Positions 50,303-60,851 of a DNA stretch of 64,000 bases are shown in pieces. The notes beneath the pieces were generated by a model. That model saw only the letters and a list, made by a program, of their open reading frames with translations. It was not told the DNA's origin and ran no database searches. Each line of letters starts with the position of its first letter. The first letter of the stretch is position 1. The position numbers and the translations under genes are program-made. Source of the DNA: Octopus bimaculoides (taxonomy: Eukaryota); assembly GCF_001194135.2 (NCBI RefSeq), contig NC_068999.1, forward strand, positions 53,519,669 to 53,583,668, written 5' to 3'.

Positions 50303-53300
50303 ACCTATATATATACATACATATGTGTAATCTAAATATTACAATCTAACCAGATACCAGTTGCTTGTCTGTCTGCTATTTCGTAACGTTGAAGTGTGAT
50401 AATATTTCCCGGTTAAAAAATGTTTTTGTTTTAATTATATCTTGCTCATGCGCCCAGAAACTTGGTCATGCGTATTCTAAATAAATTTCAAAAACCGTAG
50501 ATTGTTGTTGTTGTTCTTTGGATATTTCGTTTTATCACTTCTATTTCTAAAACGTTCCGATTTTTAATGTCCTACTTTTTTTTATATCTGAAGGAACCTT
50601 CATTTGATTTTCGTACATTTTGGGGGCATTCCAGGTGGGAAGAATACAAGTATAATGCCACACCGAAATTTCTTTCACATGTAAACATCAAATGTGAGAA
50701 ATGGATTCCCTGACTTCGCTCGTCGACTTACTTCGCCGTACCGAGTAGGCTGCATGTCGACATCTAATTCGAAATGAGAACAAATGCGAGCGCTGTGAGT
50801 GACATCCCGCTTACTCTAAGTAAATATTCAAAGCATTTCGATTTAAATGCTGCAAAATGTGGTTTGCTAAGTCTTATTTAAATATGGAATGCCTCCCTCA
50901 CTCAACTGACGTATTTTTTGTCCATAAACACGTCTCATCACATAATGATGTCCCAATGGAAAATGTCTGATGTATGATTATCAAGGAAATATTTGTCATG
51001 AATGGATTGAAAATATGGTTGGGGAAGGTGGACGGAATATGTTGAAATATATTAATAAATTGTTTCTTTTGCCGAAAACAAAGGATGGTGGAGGGATAGG
51101 TTAACATCGGTGGGTGTTTGGGGGTCAACGTGGAACAACAATGTCTTCTCGTTCCTTATGCAACACGAAATATCATTTATATAAAAGAACCTTTTGCAGG
51201 AAACTTGGATTTATGATCGAAGGGTGATTGCGTATGATGAAACTGGGGATTAGGATAAGTATAGTTATAAAGAGAAAATCTGATGATTATGCAGATAATG
51301 AAGAGAACTAAGTACAAGCATGTAAACCAGTATGGAATCATTTATTTAAAAGTTATACGAACGAGTTCATGTGGTAGGAAAATTAATGCTCGAAAAAAAA
51401 TTTAGAACTTCTTTCTTCTATTTTGGCAATTGTAGCAGAGAAAGGTATATTCTTCCATTATGATCATGAAATTTGCCTAATTTTCGTAAGCAAATCGGCA
51501 TTAAAAACTGAAAATTTGTAACGTCTATTTTTAAACGCGGACTTCAAAAAACGAATAGAAGAGAAGTAAAAACAGAAAATGGGAGCGTTTAAAAAAATTG
51601 AAAAGCTGTAGTTTTTGGCAAAATCATAATCCCCATTATTGGAGAATTTTTTATATGAAAGGACGAGGTGCCTATCTATCACATCTGATGGTTACTAAAT
51701 GATGACGTGATAATGAAACCAAAACAATCCGAGGAAAATTACAAAACTAGACAGGGGTATCTCGAAATAAGCGGAACGAATGTGTAAATGCTCAAAATTT
51801 CCTTATTAAATGGAAGTATTTCAATTTGATATTATTTTTAGTTGAATATTTTCAAATCTATTTTTAATTTCTTGGGAATGGTTCCAGCTTTATGATTATT
51901 ATTTTAGGGATAGTGGCTTTACTATTAATCCCCCAGATAGGTACCTAAAACCAAAGACTTCTATAGTGTCAATATTTCCAGTTTCAGAGAACACCATTCG
52001 TGATTGTTTCTTTTTTCCTTTTTTTTTTTTTTAACTGGTGCTTCGTTTCCAAGATCCCATGAAAGTGAAGGTAATTCACTTTGTCAGAAGTGCTTTCTTT
52101 CGTGGTAAAAAGTGAGTGGAGGGAATTTTTAAGACAAATGATAAAGTTTTCTAATATCTTTAATATTTAGGTTATTGTGGAAAATGCGGCGTAATTTCCA
52201 GAAAATAGGCTATGTATAAAAATATCACAGCGTACTAGAAACACCGAAACGAAGAATTAAAATATCAACAACATGAGGTACAGAGAGAACAAACATTTCT
52301 AAAAGATGTAATTTCCTCAAGTAACAATATAAATTTTTTAAAAACTAGTAAACATCTTTCATTTCAGAATTTCAAGTATATCATGTTAAGGTCTTTATCT
52401 ATTCCCATTCTTTGGAAATTACACTGCGATTCTCCACATTTATTTCTTTTCCTGAGACTTTTTTTTTTTTTTTCATGTGAAAAAGTCTGTTAAACAACGA
52501 AAGGCATTTACCGATTACTGCACCGCTGAATTGTGAATTAATCTTAAACGATGCAACAAACTCAACGGTAGATTAGATGTCACCAAATATGTTGTAAATA
52601 TACCTCAGTGGACCCTTTCATTGAGATGTTTGATCATCAGCTGCGTCGTACACTAATCTATCTTCCACTTTGAGTCGGCCGCGTTCAGCCATTTCTATGT
52701 ACAACATAAGATTTCTGTTTCACAAATCTTTTTATCTTTTACTTGTTTTGATCATTAGACTGCAGCCATGCTGGGGTACTGCCTTGAGGAAGTTTAGTCA
52801 GTAAATTTGGACAAGTACACCCACACGAAAAAAAGACCTCGGATTTTTCGCGTGGAATCAAGTACCCTGAACTCCTAATATGCCGCAAACCTCTTATTTT
52901 GGTTCGGAAAAAGGGTGTTTAGTTTATAACCATACTGTATTCATGTTAATTAGGATTTGAAATAAATATTGGGAAATCTGTCTTCTTTAACAATGTCTCA
53001 CTGGATAGTCTTTAACTGGGACTCAATTAACTATTTTACTTTTGTTGTGCCCTAGAAAAGAAGCACTTTTACCATTTATTTGGACTGCAACCATGCTGGA
53101 CTCAGTCATTAGACTGCAGCCCTGCTGGACACCACCTTGGAGGTTTTAATCAAACAAATTGACTCCTAATACTTATTTTTTTAAGCCCAGCACTTATTCT
53201 ATCGGTCTCTTTTTCCAAATGGCTAAATTATTGGGACATAACAAACCAACACTGGTTGTCAAAGCAGTAGGGGAAACAAACACAGACACAAAGACATGCA

Positions 53301-54843
53301 CAAATAGATATATATGAAATGCTTCCACACAATTTCCATCTACCAAATTATTCACTTACAAGGCATTGGTTGGCTCAAGACTTTAAGTAGAAGACACACA
53401 AAGTGCTATGCATCCATGTGATTGCAAAACAAGCTTTCTTAATCACACAGCTATGTCTGTGCCTTTCTGTTGTGTTTTTGCTTTGATTTATGTCTCTCGA
53501 CACTTGCATAAAGCCACCTCCCTCCCTACACACTCCCATTCAGGTGTGGAGACATTTTTGTCTTATAAGCTACTTGAAGGTCTCACTAGTGCCAAAGCCA
53601 CAATAAAAGTACCCAGTGCATTCAGCAAAGTAGTTGATGTGAGAAAGTGCCTCTAGTTATAGAAGGCATGCCAAAGCAGACATTAGAATTTGAGGGAGCC
53701 TTCCTACTCATTGGATCCTATTAAGCTGTCCAGCCCATGTCAACATGGAAGACAGATATTAAATGATAATGCTTAGGTATGTATGTAGAGATAGATAGAC
53801 TGATGGATGTGTTTATGTTTGAACTAGTGTCAAATCTAATATGCTGTGTCTCAGTATCTGCCATAACTTCATGGTTCAACAACAGTGATCACAAGAATAA
53901 GTACCACAGTCAAATATTGACTAAATACTCTGGCAGTGGTCAGCAGCATAGTTAGTGGGAGACAATAATTCCAAGTGACACTTTTGTTGAGGTGGTGTTT
54001 TGGGGTCTGACGTAGAAGCCTGTGTGGGGTAGAGGGAGCGTAGTAACTCAAGTTAGAGAAGCATTGATGACAATTCAAATACAAAACCCGGGAGAGGAAG
54101 GCCTCTCTGGGGAATATATGATAGTGCAGCAAAATCTGAAGAGAAACCAACAGCCTGCTTTGGATGAAGTGTCATGACAGGATGAACCAAGAAATCTTTT
54201 GGAAGTACATTAGACCAAAACTGTCTTCTGCCTTATGAAGTACTTGTGTGCCTTATTGTTTAGTTCTAAAATTTTTGTTCCATGTCACTTGCAAGTATCC
54301 AACTTTCATGCCTGTACAATAAGATTAAAGTGGCCAGAGATTTGTATGGTTTGAGCTTTGTGGGGAAAATCTGGCTTATCAATATCATGTTCGGTTTATA
54401 TCATGGCAGACAAAGTCAAGCTTAGTTAGTTTTTATCTCTTTTGAGCTGTTATCCTTGCTCAAAGTGAAATGAAAATATATAATCTATATTACATCTAAA
54501 TACTAAAAACTTACATTATATTAACATTCACTGGAGTAGAAAACAAAAACTACCAAAAGAATTCATTTATCTATAAAACTGCAAAATGCAATGTAATGCA
54601 AAGACAAAAATAAGAAAATTGTGATGTCATAATGCAATTAGAAATGATTTACCAGTTTTGATATTTTCAGTAACCAGTTGCAGTGAAAAATTTCACATTT
54701 CGAATAAATATTTAATTGTAAAAGTTTTGTAGCTCCACATGTGGGCCAAATACTTTTAGAAGATACTAGTTCCTTGAAGAATTTAGTGTAATTTTAAAGA
54801 ACAAGGAAGGTACAGCATAAAAGAATTTTGGTCATCTTAAGAA

Positions 54844-55302
54844 ATGAGTGATTCAAAAAGTTATAAACAAAGCTGTGAGAAAATAAGATTGAAGCCAATA
54901 GAGAAGAAGCAATTGGATGTGGTGCATTTTCCAGACAATCCTATCATTACAAACTGGGAACGTCTGGAAAAAGAGCGACTGAAGAAATTAAATTTAGGAT
55001 TTAACCGGTTGCAGGGTTCGGTTTATCAGATAGAATTAGCAAAAGAACTTAAGAAACAGCGAGAATTGGATCCAAGTGCAAAAATGAAAAGATCACCATC
55101 TCCCGTAGAAGAGGAAGAAGAAAAAGAAGAATATGTGTCATCTGAACGTCAAATATCATTTAATCAACTAGCCCCCTTTAAAACGTACAAAACTAAATAT
55201 ACATGTGGTTATTTCTTTGATTATGAAAATCAACACAAACGAATTCGGAGGGGAATTCCTCCTTGCAATTTACCATATTGGCAATCTAGGACAAAATATT
55301 AA
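54844..55302 (+). CDS. Uncharacterised 152-aa protein, intronless ORF
   Basis: 152 open codons in very AT-rich, non-repeat DNA; natural charged composition; several CpGs kept inside the ORF while the flanks lack them; in-frame TAA two codons before the ATG; ATTAAA overlaps the stop. No family recognised. Confidence 0.7.
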   Translation: MSDSKSYKQSCEKIRLKPIEKKQLDVVHFPDNPIITNWERLEKERLKKLNLGFNRLQGSVYQIELAKELKKQRELDPSAKMKRSPSPVEEEEEKEEYVSSERQISFNQLAPFKTYKTKYTCGYFFDYENQHKRIRRGIPPCNLPYWQSRTKY

Positions 55303-55544
55303 AATAGAATCATGTCCACACACACTCAGATATATATATATATCATGAGTAACTCTGGGTACTTGAGCCAGAGAGTGCAGCTTTAAAGATCAAAATCATA
55401 CATCTAACATAAGGTATGCATAGCATGTACGTACTGTCTTTCCAGCGGTCTTTCAAAAAAACAATTATATTAAAATCTGATTTGTAATTTTCATTCATTT
55501 ATCATTGCATACCTTCCATTCAGCACCACAAGTACATAAATACA

Positions 55545-56740
55545 TACAAGATGCATTCCAGAAGTTTTGAAATATTTTCAGGCGTGACATTTATTCATTT
55601 CAAAGCACTCCAGTCACTTTATGTAGACCCCATGGAAGTCCTCCAAAGTGGAGATGTCCAGGACCCTTGTCACAACCACCTTCATCTCAGTGCCTTCAAA
55701 ATGACTGCCTCTGACTTTCTCCTTCAGCCTGGGGACTGCAGGGAGGGTGTGGAGCAGTTTTGATGCCCATCTCTGGCAAGTAGTCAGTTACCAGGATGGA
55801 ACTGTTGCATTATCCTGGTGCAGGTGCTCTAACCTTTTGTGATGAAATCTCTTCCTGAACTCTCTCAAAACCTTCACAACGTACTTTTTGTTGACTGTTT
55901 AGTCAGAGGGGTCCCAGTGGATGTGATGATGCCTTTGCTGTCAAAAAAGGGGATCATTGAGCTTTCTGGTGGACTTGTTTTGCTTGGTCTCATGTGACAG
56001 TGAAAAACAGATGCTCAGCTTATACAAGTTAATCCATAAGCACTCTAGAGCATTTCATACATTTCTGTAGTGTTTTTGCCCTAACACAAGACGTAAGAGT
56101 GGCTGTGTGGTAAGTAGCTTGCTTACCAACCACATGGTTCCGGGTTCAGTTCCACTGCTTGGCACCTTGGGCAAGTGTCTTCTGCTATAGCCTCGGGCCG
56201 ACCAAAGCCTTGTGAGTGGATTTGGTAGACGGAAACTGAAAGAAGCCCGTCGTGTATATGTATTTATATATATGTATGTATATGTTTGTGTGTCTGTGTT
56301 TGTCCCCCCAACATCGCTTGACAACCGATGCTGGTGTGTTTACGTCCCCGTAACTTAGCGGTTCGGCAAAAGAGACCAATAGAATAAGTACCGGGCTTAC
56401 AAGGAATAAGTCCTGGGGTCGATTTGCTCGACTAAAGGTGGTGCTCCAGCATGGCCACAGTCAAATGACTGAAACAAATAAAAGAGAATGGCAAACTTAC
56501 AGATCGTCTTTGCATCCCAGTGCATTCTGCAAACTAGTCAGCTGTTAGAAACAATGTTTAGTAGGGTGTGCTCAAGGTGCTGTAACACCTATTCTCCTTC
56601 AATCTGGAATAGCAAAAGGTGGCAGGTCATCTTATTAGGTGTATAGTAAGGATATACTAAAATAAGAGTAAATGTAGACCAGTTACAATTATCTCTCTTT
56701 AAAAAAAAAAAGTCTCAAAACTTCTGGAATGCACCTCATT
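55545..56740 (-). mobile_element. Internally deleted mariner transposon interrupted by a SINE
   Basis: TIRs tacaagatgcattccagaagttttga (55545) and tcaaaacttctggaatgcacctc (56715). Degenerate transposase words GKNTTEMYEML, FFDSKGII, TVNKKYVVKVL, LHQDNA, HPPCSP. Confidence 0.85.
56092..56487 (+). mobile_element. tRNA-derived SINE (family A), best-preserved copy
   Basis: Head GGCTGTGTGGTAAG...GGTTCAGTTCC with A/B-box-like motifs, central TA/TG microsatellite, body ending GGTGCTCCAGCATGGCCACAGTCAAATGACTGAAACA; CpGs intact. Confidence 0.9.
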
Positions 56741-57077
56741 TGTCATACTCATCACCCGTTTTATGCTTCCTGGTAAAACACAATTACTTTCCGAATACCC
56801 TAATATATCATATTTTTATACCTGTTCCTATATTTTTACAATCTGATTTCTTAATCTTTATTCGATTCACCCTATTGTCAATTGCTTTCTAATCCAAATG
56901 TATACTGTTATGTTGAAAAGTAGTTGCCCAACCAGCTTAAAATGTTCATTCAATGAATTGGTAATCATGAATACTTACGATAGATTCTTGTATTTTTCTG
57001 AATACTCAAGTCAGAATGGTTGTGCGAAACATTAAGTAACAGTTTGTGAAGTTTTTCTCGGCTTCAAAGATAAAACA

Positions 57078-57345
57078 TGTAGCCTAGTGGTTAGGGTGTT
57101 GCACTCACCATCACAAGATTGTAGTTTCGATTCCTGGACTGGGCAGTCTGTTGTGTTCTAGAGCAAAACACTTTATCTCATGCTGCTCTGTGATAGCTTT
57201 GACATCTGACATGTGGTACACCATGCACCTGTACAGGCAATGTCGATTTGATGGAGGGAGTGAGCCAGTGCAGAGCGCAAACATTTGATTGCTACAAACA
57301 AATCATATGAGCAAAAATCCTCATCTGTCTTTTACAACAGAAGAG
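57078..57345 (+). mobile_element. SINE with D-type head, second body type
   Basis: gtagcctagtggttagggtg...gtttcgattcc head; body cacctgtacaggcaatgtcgatttgatggagggag shared with 13500-13745(-) and 61145-61300. Confidence 0.72.
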
Positions 57346-57372
57346 TCCATCATATGTGTATACATATATGTA

Positions 57373-57374
<2 letters not shown>

Positions 57375-57443
<69 letters not shown>

Positions 57444-57732
57444 NNNNNNNNNNNNNNNNNNNNNNNNNNNNNNNNNNNNNNNNNNNNNNNNNNNNNNNNN
57501 NNNNNNNNNNNNNNNNNNNNNNNNNNNNNNNNNNNNNNNNNNNNNNNNNNNNNNNNNNNNNNNNNNNNNNNNNNNNNNNNNNNNNNNNNNNNNNNNNNNN
57601 NNNNNNNNNNNNNNNNNNNNNNNNNNNNNNNNNNNNNNNNNNNNNNNNNNNNNNNNNNNNNNNNNNNNNNNNNNNNNNNNNNNNNNNNNNNNNNNNNNNN
57701 NNNNNNNNNNNNNNNNNNNNNNNNNNNNNNNN

Positions 57733-57773
<41 letters not shown>

Positions 57774-57790
57774 CACACACACACACACAT
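57375..57790. repeat. (TG)n / N-gap 57444-57732 / (TA)n(CA)n compound microsatellite
   Basis: Direct. Other long microsatellites lie at about 10678-10713 (GA), 12268-12305 (CA), 22745-22790 (TA), 24985-25032 (TG) and 43760-43820 (TA). Confidence 0.9.
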
Positions 57791-57995
57791 AAAAGTCATC
57801 AAATATAAAAGAAAACATTATATGAAACAACATTTACTAATTTAACAATTATCACAAATTTTTTCAGACAAATGATATTTTTTCTTTCTTTACTTCCAAT
57901 TATATACATTAAACACACAATCCAGGGAATTAATACATACATAGATACAAAGGATGAAATTATTTACTGAAGATTATTTCTTAAAAAGTCCTATA

Positions 57996-58001
57996 TTTAT
58001 T
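57996..58001 (-). terminator. Candidate AMBRA1 polyadenylation signal AATAAA
   Basis: AATAAA on the minus strand about 40 nt after the stop; use not demonstrated, and the UTR may be longer. Confidence 0.35.
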
Positions 58002-58039
58002 TTATGTTTTTTTTTTTTGTTTTTTCTCTGTAGAAGTCT

Positions 58040-58322
58040 TTAATCACTGTCCCAAATATCTTCTTCTTCAGAACCATCTGTTTGTGTACCAGCACTGCGC
58101 TGTACCTGCCTGTGAGATGTTTGCGTTGCCGTGCTGGTCGTGTGTGGTAATCTTTGCCCAACACTTGGCATATTAATCAGATTTCGACGAATGTGCTGCA
58201 TCCGATACAGATTCCGTCGAAGGGATTGTGCTTGGTTCAAAGTATTCCATTCTTCTTCTTCTCCTCCTCCTCCTCCTCCTACGTCTCTTTCAGGCGGATT
58301 CTCTTTTTTCACTGGTTTGAAC
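58040..58322 (-). CDS. AMBRA1: AMBRA1 terminal coding exon (FKPVKKENPP...EEEEWNTLNQ...TQT...TQTDG...WDSD*)
   Basis: tgcaatttag|G acceptor in phase 2, TAA at 58042-58040. WNTLNQ aligns to human WDQLNE, and two TQT motifs are present as in human. Confidence 0.9.
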
Positions 58323-58503
58323 CTAAATTGCAAAATTTTACAAGAAAACATTTAAAAAGTTATAAACTATAAGAAAGAAAAGTAATGTGTTTGTGAATAT
58401 GTTTATAAATCATCATCATTTAATGTCTGTACATTCTCTGTAAAGTGGTTGACATAAAGAAGAGCATCCAACTATAGAAACCCTGCCAAACCAGACATTA
58501 GAG

Positions 58504-58791
58504 CAGTGGTTCCTAAACTTGTTCGAGTTGCCACCCCATTGGCACCCAGACTGCATTCCTAGCGCCCCCGTCCCTCATCACCACAAATACAGAGACCACT
58601 TTCTGCATCAAATTCAAAACAACTGTATTTCACAAATTAAAGTTAACCTAATTAACCCATTATTTTGTTGATTTTACATGCACTGCCCTCCTTTGGACAC
58701 CCCATTATTGCCCCCACTTTTCTTCAACCACACCCTCCTATCTATCTACAGCCCTAAAGCTGGGCAGTATCGCCCACTTTGGGAACCACTG
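58504..58791. mobile_element. hAT (Charlie-like) MITE with 8-bp TSD
   Basis: TIRs cagtggttcctaaa / tttgggaaccactg; flanks cattagag / cactagag (7/8 identical). Confidence 0.85.
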
Positions 58792-58884
58792 CACTAGAGC
58801 ATGATGTGGTTCTTTGACTTCTTGGAACCTTGTCAAACCATTCAATGCATACCAGAAAGGAAAGCAGACATAAAATAATTATGA

Positions 58885-58921
<37 letters not shown>

Positions 58922-59334
58922 TTCATGCATGTGTATGTATTACATGCTGCAAAACTATGATTGGCCATAGTTGAAAAATGTTGAAACACTCAATGACAAA
59001 TTCCATGATGGAATGGAAGCATGTGTCAGTTGTGCCTATCATTGCTAATCATCATCATCATTTTAACATCAGTTCTCTATGCTGGCATGGACTGGATGGT
59101 TTGGCAGGAGTCGGCCAGCTGGAGAATTGTCCAGGCACCATTTGTTTGTTTTGGCATGGTTTCTACAGCTTTCTAATGCCAACCACTTTACAGGCACTTT
59201 TACATGGCACTAGCCCACAAGACTAGGATATCTGTGCAAAACTGTAGGTTTCTAGCAAGACTGAAAAGCCTCAACCACATTGCTTTAAGAGAGCAATCAA
59301 GTGATGGTATTGCTTTAAATCAAGTAGCTGCCAT

Positions 59335-60535
59335 CATCATCATCATCATCATCATCATCGTTTAACGTCCGCTTTCCATGCTAGCATGGGTTGGACGATT
59401 TGACTGAGGACTGGTGAAACCGGATGGCAACATCAGGCTCCAGTCTAATTTGGCAGAGTTTCTACAGCTGGATGCCCTTCCTAATGCCAACCACTCAGAG
59501 AGTGTAGTGGGTGCTTTTACGTGTCACCCGCACGAAAACGGCCACGCTCGAAATGGTGTCTTTTATGTGCCACCNNNNNNNNNNNNNNNNNNNNNNNNNN
59601 NNNNNNNNNNNNNNNNNNNNNNNNNNNNNNNNNNNNNNNNNNNNNNNNNNNNNNNNNNNNNNNNNNNNNNNNNNNNNNNNNNNNNNNNNNNNNNNNNNNN
59701 NNNNNNNNNNNNNNNNNNNNNNNNNNNNNNNNNNNNNNNNNNNNNNNNNNNNNNNNNNNNNNNNNNNNNNNNNNNNNNNNNNNNNNNNNNNNNNNNNNNN
59801 NNNNNNNNNNNNNNNNNNNNNNNNNNNNNNNNNNNNNNNNNNNNNNNNNNNNNNNNNNNNNNNNNNNNNNNNNNNNNNNNNNNNNNNNNNNNNNNNNNNN
59901 NNNNNNNNNNNNNNNNNNNNNNNNNNNNNNNNNNNNNNNNNNNNNNNNNNNNNNNNNNNNNNNNNNNNNNNNNNNNNNNNNNNNNNNNNNNNNNNNNNNN
60001 NNNNNNNNNNNNNNNNNNNNNNNNNNNNNNNNNNNNNNNNNNNNNNNNNNNNNNNNNNNNNNNNNNNNNNNNNNNNNNNNNNNNNNNNNNNNNNNNNNNN
60101 NNNNNNNNNNNNNNNNNNNNNNNNNNNNNNNNNNNNNNNNNNNNNNNNNNNNNNNNNNNNNNNNNNNNNNNNNNNNNNNNNNNNNNNNNNNNNNNNNNNN
60201 NNNNNNNNNNNNNNNNNNNNNNNNNNNNNNNNNNNNNNNNNNNNNNNNNNNNNNNNNNNNNNNAGGCTATTCTTATTCTAGCAGCTACACTTTCAGCGCA
60301 CCCACCCCCACTACTAACTTGGTCGCCCAGATAGCGGAAGCTATCGACTACCTCTAGTTTTTCACCCTGGAATGAGATAGAAGTTGTTTCCTGTTTGTTT
60401 ACAGTCTTTATTGCACCTGAACATCTGCCACAAACAAAAACTAACTTACTAGTTAACCTGCCTTTGATGTTGCTGCACCTCTTATGTGTCCATAGCTTGC
60501 ACCGGGTACATCTTATAGAGTTACTACCTATCATG
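59335..60535 (-). mobile_element. 5'-truncated RTE-clade LINE, young, with an internal N-gap
   Basis: Peptide IGSNSIRCTRCKLWTHKRCS...FVCGRCSG...LEVVDSFRYLGDQVSSGGGCAESVAARIRIA (post-RT region of RTE-type elements); 3' end ...GGACGTTAAAC(GAT)n at about 59335-59365. Confidence 0.88.
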
Positions 60536-60544
60536 TATGTAGGT

Positions 60545-60662
60545 ATGTCTATGTATGTAAATATGTATGTAAGTACCAATTTGGAATATCTGTATGTATG
60601 TATGTAAGTACCAATTTGGAATATTTGTATGTATGTATGTAGGGACCAATTTGGAATATTTG
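60545..60662. repeat. Minisatellite, 3 x about 35 bp
   Basis: Unit tgtatgtatgtatgtaagtaccaatttggaatatt. Confidence 0.85.
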
Positions 60663-60711
60663 AAACGTTCAGGGTGTAAGGTAAGAATGGGTGTAATAGA
60701 GTTAAACTTAC

Positions 60712-60851
60712 CCTGGCCAGCAGATGTGTAAATTACCACGATTCGTCCCGTATACTAGTCCAGCTCCAACTTGAGGCAACCACTTGGCTGAATTCACACT
60801 GACATGAGTTCTTGTATCGGCATCAACATAATGTGTGATGTCACTAACATG
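60712..60851 (-). CDS. AMBRA1: AMBRA1 exon (HVSDITHYVDADTRTHVSVNSAKWLPQVGAGLVYGTNRGNLHICWP)
   Basis: tttttgcctag|CAT...CCAGG|gtaagt; 140 nt, phase 0 to 2; matches human [33 protein letters not shown]. Confidence 0.95.

Larger units (their letters stand above)
36850..52920. promoter_or_regulatory. CpG-retaining (putatively unmethylated) domain of about 16 kb
   Basis: By eye, CG dinucleotides are common here and scarce on both sides outside exons and young repeats. Not computed. Confidence 0.6.

Noticed and set aside
52618-52620. In-frame TGA considered as selenocysteine
   Set aside because: No selenoprotein-like context (no CxxU/UxxC) and no SECIS identifiable.
57078-57150. tRNA-like sequence (also SINE heads at 5458, 14640-14712 and 56092)
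   Set aside because: A/B-box-like motifs are present but there is no complete cloverleaf or T-run terminator; each continues into a SINE body.
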